64,000 nucleotides of DNA, taken from positions 1,024,001 through 1,088,000 of the forward strand of contig OZ219917.1 of the NCBI GenBank assembly GCA_964291415.2. Reading direction: 5' to 3'. Numbering within the stretch: position 1 is the first letter of the stretch; the number at the start of each line of letters is the position of its first letter. The notes beneath the pieces were generated by a model that saw only the letters and a program-made list of their open reading frames with translations, did no database searches and had not been told where the DNA came from. Source of the DNA: Alphaproteobacteria bacterium (GTDB taxonomy: Bacteria; Pseudomonadota; Alphaproteobacteria; SP197). Both the position numbers and the translations under genes were made by a program. This document shows positions 49,161 through 56,908 of the stretch, piece by piece.

Positions 49161-51518
49161 ATGGCAACAATCGGGACCGAACCGGGAGGCGTGGGCGTTG
49201 CCGAGACGAACGTGATTCAACCGACGTTCTGGAATGCTCTTCCCCATTTTCTTCCCATCACCATCTTCCCCCTCATCATCGTGGCGGCGTTGCTGGGAGG
49301 CTGGTGGATCCTTGCCCCCTTCGTTTTCTTCGGGCTCGCCGGCCCGCTCGACCTTGCCTTCGGCATGGACGGGCGGAACATGGATCCGGCGAAGACACCC
49401 GAGCGGCGCCTTTTCTGGCACAATCTCCCGGTCTGGCTGTGGGCCGTTCTGTGGCCTGCAACCTTTGTCTTCACGGCCTGGCAGATTCTTGTTTCCGGCC
49501 ACCTGACCGACTTGGAAGGCGCGTTGATGGTGTTCGTCCTGGCCATGGAGGCCCAGGCGGTCTTCATCGTCGGCCACGAGCTCATCCATCGCCGACGGCA
49601 ATGGGAACGCCGCCTCGGCGAGTTCCTGCTCGCTTCGGCTTCCTATCCGCAGTACGCCACGGAACATGTCTACATTCACCATGCCTTTGTCGGAACACCG
49701 CTGGATGTGGGATCGGCTCCAAGGGGTGAAAGCCTGTGGCACTACTTCCCTCGCGAGGTTGCCAACAACCTTCTCGGTTCGTGGCGTGTGGCGCGCGAGC
49801 GTCTGGCGCGCAAGGGACTGCCGGTCTGGCACCGCAGCAACCCGTTCTGGCGCTATGGCCTGGCGACGGCGTTCTGGTATGCCGTCGTCTTCGCGTTGGG
49901 CGGACCATGGGCGATTCCGGTCTACATGGCGCTCTGTCTCGGCGTTGTCTTCTCGATGAAAGTGTCCAACTACATCCAGCACTATGGGTTGCGGCGCGTG
50001 CGTGTGGCCGGAGGGCGTTTCGAGAAGATCCTGCCCCGGCATTCGTGGAGTGTGGACTACAGGTTCAGCAACTGGATGTTCTTCAACATGCAGCGTCATG
50101 CGGATCATCATGCCGTCTGGGGGCGCCGCTATCCCCTCCTGCAGTTCCGTGGCGCCGACGAGTCGCCGCAGCTGCCCGGGAGCTACGGCAAGATGTTCGG
50201 GCTGGCCGTGCGACCGAAACGCTGGTTCGAGACGATGGATCCGCTGGTCGACGAGTGGCGGGCGCGGTTCTATCCGCACATCGACGACTGGAGTGCCTAC
50301 GACAGCCCGGTGTCCGCCACGCGACCGGAGTCCTTTGACGCAATCGTTGAAATCTACGCCGCGGCGCCGCGGCTTGCCGGCTGGATAGAACGTCAGCCGG
50401 ATCTTCTCGACGAGTTGCGCAGCAAGGAGTTCACCGATCTTGATCTCCCGAAGGGATTCGGCCCCGACGCCGGGGCCGAGACAATCGCCCGGCAGGGCCT
50501 GACACGCCTCTACTGGACCCACGAGTTCGGGGTCGCCGACATGAAGGAGGAAATTGCCGAAACACCGGTTCAGGATGCCGGAGACCTCGTGGAACTCGTC
50601 CGCGGCTGGTCGAACCGCAAGGCCTTCCAGGTCGGCATGCACACGTTGCGGGGCAACCTCACGCCGGTGGAGGCAGGCGGGGCACTGGCCAGCATCGCCG
50701 AAGCGGCGATCGCCGCGATTCTCCAGGCTGTCGTGATCGACACGACCGAGCGCACCGGCGCGCCTTTCGATGGCGGCATCGCCGCGCTGGTTCAGGGCGA
50801 CCTTGCCACCCGGGAGGTGGCGCCGGACACCCCGATGGAGGTCATGTTCGTCCGCGACGGGGATTCCAGGGCCAGTCACGAAACGCTCTGTCGGGAGTTC
50901 CGCGACGCTCTTGGGGAACTCGCGCAGGACAGCCTGCTGTTCGCACCCGCAGGGGCCGGCGACGCGGGGAAGGACGTGTGGTCCCTCGAGGAGTTTGTCG
51001 CGTGCCACAGTGAGCCGGGTGAGGACCTTGCGCGCCTCGCCCGTGCGCGGTGCGTGTTCACCGGCGGCGAAACGGACCTTGGCGAGCGAATCGCGGCAGC
51101 AAGACGGGAGCTTCACGTTCCGAAGGGCGCGGGCACCGATGATCCTGCCGACATCGAAGAGGCGGCGCTCATCCTGCAGCTGACCCTCGCCATGGAGGAA
51201 CCCGCGCCTGCGGCCGGTTCGGTCTTCCGGCGTGCCAGGGAAAAGGGACTGCTTGCGGCCGCGGCCGCCGATGATCTGTGTGAAGCCGCCGCTCTCTGGC
51301 GCAACCTGAATGGAATCCAGCGCCTGGTGATTGAGGGGGGTGTTGTGGACGACGCCGTGCCGGAAAGGGTCAGGGCCGTCATCGCGCGCTCCTGCGGCAT
51401 GGCGGGATACGATGCCCTTGAAGCCGCCATGGCCGACGTGACGTCAAGGGCAGGTCATGCCGTCGCGTCGCTCCCTTCTCTGGCCGATGGCGAAGCGCCC
51501 GCGGACGAGTCCGGCTGA
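49161..51518 (+). CDS. AlkB-type membrane diiron hydroxylase/desaturase fused to a degenerate GlnE-like C-terminal domain
   Basis: His boxes HELIH, EHVYIHH, NYIQHYG and QRHADHH plus TM helices. From about 50320 it aligns by eye with the second half of the GlnE in this window. Confidence 0.85.
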   Translation: MATIGTEPGGVGVAETNVIQPTFWNALPHFLPITIFPLIIVAALLGGWWILAPFVFFGLAGPLDLAFGMDGRNMDPAKTPERRLFWHNLPVWLWAVLWPATFVFTAWQILVSGHLTDLEGALMVFVLAMEAQAVFIVGHELIHRRRQWERRLGEFLLASASYPQYATEHVYIHHAFVGTPLDVGSAPRGESLWHYFPREVANNLLGSWRVARERLARKGLPVWHRSNPFWRYGLATAFWYAVVFALGGPWAIPVYMALCLGVVFSMKVSNYIQHYGLRRVRVAGGRFEKILPRHSWSVDYRFSNWMFFNMQRHADHHAVWGRRYPLLQFRGADESPQLPGSYGKMFGLAVRPKRWFETMDPLVDEWRARFYPHIDDWSAYDSPVSATRPESFDAIVEIYAAAPRLAGWIERQPDLLDELRSKEFTDLDLPKGFGPDAGAETIARQGLTRLYWTHEFGVADMKEEIAETPVQDAGDLVELVRGWSNRKAFQVGMHTLRGNLTPVEAGGALASIAEAAIAAILQAVVIDTTERTGAPFDGGIAALVQGDLATREVAPDTPMEVMFVRDGDSRASHETLCREFRDALGELAQDSLLFAPAGAGDAGKDVWSLEEFVACHSEPGEDLARLARARCVFTGGETDLGERIAAARRELHVPKGAGTDDPADIEEAALILQLTLAMEEPAPAAGSVFRRAREKGLLAAAAADDLCEAAALWRNLNGIQRLVIEGGVVDDAVPERVRAVIARSCGMAGYDALEAAMADVTSRAGHAVASLPSLADGEAPADESG

Positions 51519-51535
51519 CGCATCCCGCATGTCAC

Positions 51536-52864
51536 ATGGCCCGCGATACTGGATATCCCCTGCAGAGCCCCATCGACGCGACAGACAAGCTCGCGGCGCG
51601 GGCCGGCTCTGACAGGGACTTTCGCCAGCGTCTCCTGGCACATCCCAGGGAGACCATCGAATCGGAACTCGGTGTGACCCTCGACGCAGATCAGGAAATC
51701 CATGTGCACGAAGAGTCGTGCACGGCCACCCACGTGGTGCTGCCACCGCTGGACAGGTACTCCAGGGCTGAGCGCGAGGAAGCGAAGACCGGCGCCGGAT
51801 CGTTGGAGTTCCTCCGCAGGACACTCCATGATCCGGCGCCGCCCGCGCGCGCCGCTGCCCCTGACCCGGCGAGACGCCGCGGAACCACGGCCTCTCCCCG
51901 GGCGCTTGCAGGAGAGGGCCGGCAGAGCATCCGCCGGGGTCTCGCGTTTCTCGAGACGACCATGGACGAACGGGGGGCATGGCACTGCATCCGGTTCAAC
52001 ATCGCCGATCCGGCGATACCGCGGCACTTTGAACGGCCGCCCTTCATCTCGGCGCTGTGCGCACTCGCCCTCGAGGCGTGCACTGAAGAGCGGGCCAGTT
52101 CCATCCGCGCGGCGACCAGGAGATATCTCGTCCACTCCATGGAGTACCCGGGGCTGTGGCGCTACTACCGCCACCTTCCCGCGGATCTGGACAGCACGTC
52201 GCTGTGCTCCCTTGCCCTCTCCGGTCATTCGTGGATCGCTCTGGGCAGGAATGTTCCGCACATGCTGGCGAACCGCGACGCCGATGGCCTTTTCCAGACC
52301 TGGCTGCTGTCGGAAGACGAACCCGATGTCGCGTCGGACTTCCGTATCGAGGCCGACCCCGTTGTCAATGCGAATGTCATCGCCTGCCTTGGCTGTCACC
52401 CCGCGACCAGGGAAGCCCGGCACTGGCTGGAGAACAAGGTCGTCGAAGACCGGCTTGAGAACGCGTCCAAGTGGTATCCCGACACGATCACGGCCTACTA
52501 CGCGATCGGCCGCGCCATGGTCCGGGCCGCCCCGGCCCTTGAGGGACTGCGCCCGGTTCTCGTTGAACGCATCCTGGCGCTCTGCGATGACGAGGGGGGA
52601 TGCGGCAATCTCCTGCAGACCTCCCAGGCCGTCACGGCGCTTCACACCATCGGGGGTCTTGAAGCCATTGACGTGACGCGCCAGGTGGAACGCTTCGTCG
52701 ATGCGCAACGGGACGATGGCAGCTGGCCGGAGTATCTGGCGTTTGGCGATCAGTCGCTGCGGTGGGGTGCGATCGGGCAGATCGGTCACGGTTCCGAGTC
52801 CGTGACTTCCGCGTTCTGCATCGAGGCCCTGGGGCACATGATCAACATCCTCGAGGGACGATGA
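51536..52864 (+). CDS. NHLP-leader-like domain fused to a prenyltransferase/class II terpene cyclase-like alpha/alpha-barrel domain
   Basis: N-terminus D.DFRQRLLA.P..TI..ELG.....I.VHE.....H.VLPP parallels the precursor leader. C-part has GLWRY, ADLDST, D.VVNANV and the QW motif AQRDDGSW. Confidence 0.8.
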   Translation: MARDTGYPLQSPIDATDKLAARAGSDRDFRQRLLAHPRETIESELGVTLDADQEIHVHEESCTATHVVLPPLDRYSRAEREEAKTGAGSLEFLRRTLHDPAPPARAAAPDPARRRGTTASPRALAGEGRQSIRRGLAFLETTMDERGAWHCIRFNIADPAIPRHFERPPFISALCALALEACTEERASSIRAATRRYLVHSMEYPGLWRYYRHLPADLDSTSLCSLALSGHSWIALGRNVPHMLANRDADGLFQTWLLSEDEPDVASDFRIEADPVVNANVIACLGCHPATREARHWLENKVVEDRLENASKWYPDTITAYYAIGRAMVRAAPALEGLRPVLVERILALCDDEGGCGNLLQTSQAVTALHTIGGLEAIDVTRQVERFVDAQRDDGSWPEYLAFGDQSLRWGAIGQIGHGSESVTSAFCIEALGHMINILEGR

Positions 52865-53024
52865 AGGGGAAGGGGCGCGTTTGGGCACCTGACGCCTGCC
52901 GGTTCTTCATGTTGCCGGCCATGCGGGCGAGTTCCTGCCTTGCGCCGGCGGCCCTGCTCGACAGACGGGTTCCGGCGCATGCAGGATCCCTGGAATCGAG
53001 TCGTTTCCGGGGACGTTCGCGGGT

Positions 53025-55346
53025 GTGGACGACAGCACCGTGACCGCAGGCACGACCCCACAGGGGATCCTGACCAGGTGGACTCCCGGGGATCGGGGTT
53101 CCGTCAGGACACCCTTGCTCACTCCGCACCTTGAGTTCCGCGCGATTGGTGACGATCGGGCGCTGCTGGTCTCCGAATCCTTCAACACCCTGCTGCATGG
53201 CAGACTGTGCTGCGATCTGATGCCTCTTCTCGACGGACGGCGCGAGGAGGATGGCATCATCGCGGCTCTCGACGGGATCCACGACGCCCGCGACGTTCGT
53301 TCCACCATCTCCTCGCTTTCCGAAAAGGGCTACGTTGTTTCAGGCGAACATGCGATGGACCGGCAGCGGGCGGCCTGGTGGACGTCGCTTGGTGCATCCC
53401 CACGCTGGGTCGAGGAACAGCTGGCGCTCTCGCGGGTTGTGGTCGAGGGAGATGAGGGAGAACTGGCCGCCTGCCTTGCCGTGTGCGGTGCCGTTTCGGG
53501 AGCCGAGGGGAAGGCCAGTCTCAGGATTGTTGTCTGCAACGATTATCTGGAACCGCGCCTCGAGGAGGTGAACCGGAGACAGCGCGAGGCGGACGAGCCG
53601 TGGATGCTTGCGCGGCCCCATGGCGTGCAGGCGCTCTTCGGTCCCGTCTTCCGGCGCCAGGGGCCCTGCTGGGAATGTCTGGCCAGCCGCATGCGCAGCC
53701 ACCAGGAAGTCCACGCGTTCCTTCGCAATGTGGCCGGAGAGGACGCCGCCTTCAGACCATTTGCCTCGGAAGGCGTGGTGCGGGACGGATTGTTGAGGCT
53801 GATTGCCGCAGAGATCGTCAAGTGGCTGGTCCTTGGCGAGACGGCTGCCGTCCATGATGAAGTGATCGCCGTCGATACCGGCGACTTTGCTGTTTCACGG
53901 CATCGGGTCATGCGCCGGCCGCAGTGCCGCGCCTGTGGAGACGATGGGTTGCACAGATCCGACCGTGCGCCGGTACCGGTGTGCCTGAACGCAAGTCCAA
54001 AGGCTGTTCGGACCAGTGGCGGTGCACGCTGCGTGGCGCCGGAAGCGACCCTGGCGACCTACCGGCACCTGGTCAGTCCGGTCAGTGGTGTCGTGACCTG
54101 GCTGTCGCGTACCACCGATGAAAGCGACCCGTGGCTTCATGTCGACTGGGCCGGAAGCAACCTGGGCATGAGGAGCCGCAGCCTGGCCTCCCTCAGGCGC
54201 AGTCTTCGCAGCAAGAGCGCCGGCAAGGGGAGCACGCCGGTGCAATCCAGGGTCTCTGCCCTTTGCGAGGCGATCGAGCGCCATAGCGGAACCCGGTCAG
54301 GTGACGAGATCCGCATTCGCAGGACATTCAACGGGTTCGACGGGAACGAAAGCGCGATTCACCCCAACGACGTGCAGTTGTTCAGCGACAACCAGCTCGA
54401 CAACGCAAAAGACATCAACGAGAAGGGTCACCCCTACAACATCGTGCCGGCCCGCTTCGACCCTGACGCGGCGGTCGACTGGACTCCGGTGTGGTCGCTG
54501 ACCCAGCGGCGACATCGCTATCTGCCGACGTCGATGCTTTACAGCATGGCGGCCGAGGAGCGTGGTCCGGCGGACCTGATCGCCGATTCCAACGGTTGCG
54601 CTGCCGGCAACACCCTGGAAGAGGCCATCCTGCAAGGCTTCTATGAACTCGTCGAACGCGATGCCTTCGCCATCTGGTGGTACAACCGGCTCAACATGCC
54701 GGCGGTCGATCCCTGCGCCTTCGATGACCCGTACCTTCTCGATGCAACGGCCGTCTACGCCCGCCACGGGAGGGAAGTGTGGATGCTCGACATCACGTCC
54801 GATTTCGGTATCCCAACCTTCGTGGCACTCTCTCGCAGAGTCGACGCCGCCAGCGAGGACATCATCTACGGCGCCGGGACCCATGCCGTTCCGCGACTGG
54901 CCGCCCTGCGGGCGGTGTGCGAACTGAACCAGTGTCTGACGTGGCTGCCGCGGCCCGGAAGCCGCGACGGCCGGCCGACGATCGATGACCCGTTTGTGCT
55001 GTCATGGTGGAGAACCGCGCGCCTTGCCGGATGCCCGTGGCTGGCGCCGGCAACCGAGGGGACGGCTGGCAGGGCGTCGCAGCCTTCCATCGCAGACTCG
55101 GCGGATACGCGCGACGATGTGGAAAGCTGCCGCGCGCTTGTGGAAGCCAGGGGCATGGAGTTCCTGGTGCTTGACCAGACCCGCCCCGACATCGGAATGC
55201 CGGTTGTCCGTGTCATCGTGCCGGGGATGCGCCACTTCTGGGAACGCTTTGCCCCGGGCCGTCTCTACGAGGTGCCTGTCAGCCTGGGATACCGGGCGCA
55301 TCCGCCTGGTGAATCCGACCTCAACACCGCGCCTGTCATTGCCTGA
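53025..55346 (+). CDS. Fused TOMM leader-binding/YcaO cyclodehydratase (SrpC-like)
   Basis: E1-like part (GPVF...GPCWECL..R, RPQC.ACG). YcaO ATP motifs SAGKG, SALCEAIER and SNGCAAGNTLEEAILQGFYELVERD, then PVVRVIVPG.RHFW.RFAPGRLY. Confidence 0.93.
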   Translation: MDDSTVTAGTTPQGILTRWTPGDRGSVRTPLLTPHLEFRAIGDDRALLVSESFNTLLHGRLCCDLMPLLDGRREEDGIIAALDGIHDARDVRSTISSLSEKGYVVSGEHAMDRQRAAWWTSLGASPRWVEEQLALSRVVVEGDEGELAACLAVCGAVSGAEGKASLRIVVCNDYLEPRLEEVNRRQREADEPWMLARPHGVQALFGPVFRRQGPCWECLASRMRSHQEVHAFLRNVAGEDAAFRPFASEGVVRDGLLRLIAAEIVKWLVLGETAAVHDEVIAVDTGDFAVSRHRVMRRPQCRACGDDGLHRSDRAPVPVCLNASPKAVRTSGGARCVAPEATLATYRHLVSPVSGVVTWLSRTTDESDPWLHVDWAGSNLGMRSRSLASLRRSLRSKSAGKGSTPVQSRVSALCEAIERHSGTRSGDEIRIRRTFNGFDGNESAIHPNDVQLFSDNQLDNAKDINEKGHPYNIVPARFDPDAAVDWTPVWSLTQRRHRYLPTSMLYSMAAEERGPADLIADSNGCAAGNTLEEAILQGFYELVERDAFAIWWYNRLNMPAVDPCAFDDPYLLDATAVYARHGREVWMLDITSDFGIPTFVALSRRVDAASEDIIYGAGTHAVPRLAALRAVCELNQCLTWLPRPGSRDGRPTIDDPFVLSWWRTARLAGCPWLAPATEGTAGRASQPSIADSADTRDDVESCRALVEARGMEFLVLDQTRPDIGMPVVRVIVPGMRHFWERFAPGRLYEVPVSLGYRAHPPGESDLNTAPVIA

Positions 55347-55355
55347 GGGAGTGTC

Positions 55356-56534
55356 ATGGACACAGACAAGGCCATCGCACTGACCCAGGACCTTCTGGCC
55401 CAGGAGGGCGGGACCATGGGCGACCTGCTCGGTCACTTCCGGAACAGGGTGTCGCCGACCCTCATCGATGACGCTGAATGGGATCGTGTCCTGGCATGCG
55501 CCCGAACCCTTCCCATCACGATGGGCGCGCTTCCCTTCGGTTTTGAACTGCCGCTGCATGTGCCGGAGCCACAGGCGGATCTAGGCGTATCCATGGCGAG
55601 TGGAACCAGATCGGCGGAGTTCTTCCGGGAGCGCGCCCGGGTTCACAGGACCGATGATACCCTCGGCACACTCATGCGACTCTTCGATCACATGGAAGGC
55701 GGGGTCTCACCCTTGCGCGACATTGTCGGCCGCAAGGTGATGCTGGAGTACGACATCGGCTCGGCTGAAGGCGGTACGCCTTCGCGTCCGGCCTTGTTCC
55801 TGAGGCCCGGTGAACGACCGATCGTCGGCGCGGGCGGCCAGGTCGATGATGTCCTGCTGGTGGGCGATGCCCTTGTTTCGAGTCACGGCTGGACGATGGG
55901 TGCAGGCCAGCGCAAGGCACTCTCGCAGGCCTACCTGGCGCAGCCGGAGGATACGCGCATGGACTCGTTCGGGATGTTCCCGTCCCGCTCACGCGCCGTC
56001 CGGCTGGCCATCATGGGGTTCGCAAACCGCCGGCAGATCGAAACCTACCTGGACAAGGCGGGGTGGCCAGGCGAAGCCGCGGCCGTCGATGCGGTCATGG
56101 CACGTTTCATGGAACGCGTGAACATCGTCAGGACCGGGGTGAACATTGACGTGACGGAAGAGGGGCTGGGCCCCGCCCTCGGTCTGACGCCGATCGTCCG
56201 GCAGAGGTACACCAAGGATTCACGGTACTGGCTCGATGGCCTGACCGACTGGGCGCCGTTCCTGGACGCCCTGAGTCACGAGGACATTGTCGTGCCCGGC
56301 AAGCTGGAAGCGCTGGCAGGCTGGGTCTCGAAACCGGAACACCTGTTCGCACGGTCCGGACGCTACGTGCTGCTGCGAGGCATCCACCATGTCAAGCTGG
56401 TCATTTCGGCGAACCGGCTCTGCAAGGCCAAGGCCTATGTCTTCATGGTGCTTGTCGGGCGCCGTGTCACTCTGACGCCGAACACAACGGCCCCCGATCC
56501 GGATCGAACCGGGGCAATCCTCGCAGGTTCTTGA
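55356..56534 (+). CDS. Conserved hypothetical RiPP-associated protein (possible prenyltransferase)
   Basis: 392 aa, GGGAG RBS, 9 bp after ycaO. Motifs FGFE..L, LEYD, GWPG and HHVKL..AKAY. Function inferred only. Confidence 0.7.
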   Translation: MDTDKAIALTQDLLAQEGGTMGDLLGHFRNRVSPTLIDDAEWDRVLACARTLPITMGALPFGFELPLHVPEPQADLGVSMASGTRSAEFFRERARVHRTDDTLGTLMRLFDHMEGGVSPLRDIVGRKVMLEYDIGSAEGGTPSRPALFLRPGERPIVGAGGQVDDVLLVGDALVSSHGWTMGAGQRKALSQAYLAQPEDTRMDSFGMFPSRSRAVRLAIMGFANRRQIETYLDKAGWPGEAAAVDAVMARFMERVNIVRTGVNIDVTEEGLGPALGLTPIVRQRYTKDSRYWLDGLTDWAPFLDALSHEDIVVPGKLEALAGWVSKPEHLFARSGRYVLLRGIHHVKLVISANRLCKAKAYVFMVLVGRRVTLTPNTTAPDPDRTGAILAGS

Positions 56535-56535
56535 G

Positions 56536-56559
56536 GGCGCGCCGCCGTCACGGCGCGCC
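56536..56559. terminator. Hairpin between convergent genes
   Basis: GGCGCGCCG-CCGTCA-CGGCGCGCC, 9-bp stem, no U-tract. Confidence 0.45.
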
Positions 56560-56570
56560 GACAACGGCAG

Positions 56571-56822
56571 TTACCAGCAGCAGCACAGACCGGCCGAGAC
56601 CGCTTCGAGCTGCTCTTCGGTAATGTTCGGGTCGGGCGGCAGTGCAACATGCACCGTCTGCATGTCACTCTGATGAACCACGACGTTCATCGAGTCTGGA
56701 ATCGTGATTCCAAGTTCGTTGCAGATGGTCCCTTTCGGATCTGCAAGAAGCTCTTGCCTGAAACCGGCGTCGACAGCGGATTTGTCGACAATCTGCTGCA
56801 ACATCTCATTGCCGTTTCTCAT
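56571..56822 (-). CDS. srpE: Proteusin/NHLP RiPP precursor, 83 aa, core LCCCW (SrpE-like)
   Basis: GGAGAG RBS then MRNGNEMLQQIVDKSAVDAGFRQELLADPK...VHVALPP...TEEQLEAVSAG-LCCCW*. NHLP leader with a double-glycine-type (AG) cleavage site. Confidence 0.9.
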   Translation of the reverse strand: MRNGNEMLQQIVDKSAVDAGFRQELLADPKGTICNELGITIPDSMNVVVHQSDMQTVHVALPPDPNITEEQLEAVSAGLCCCW

Positions 56823-56908
56823 GGCCACTCTCCACTGATCTACCTTAATTGTGCCGGCGAGTATGCCGGAATCCTCATTGAAAAAGTGTACAGGCCGGAT
56901 TTGCCGGG

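Noticed and set aside
48357-51116. 919-aa antisense ORF and similar long ones (11217-12842, 34058-35662, 38438-40006, 62363-63685)
   Set aside because: Shadow ORFs of real genes in high-GC DNA, with no motifs.
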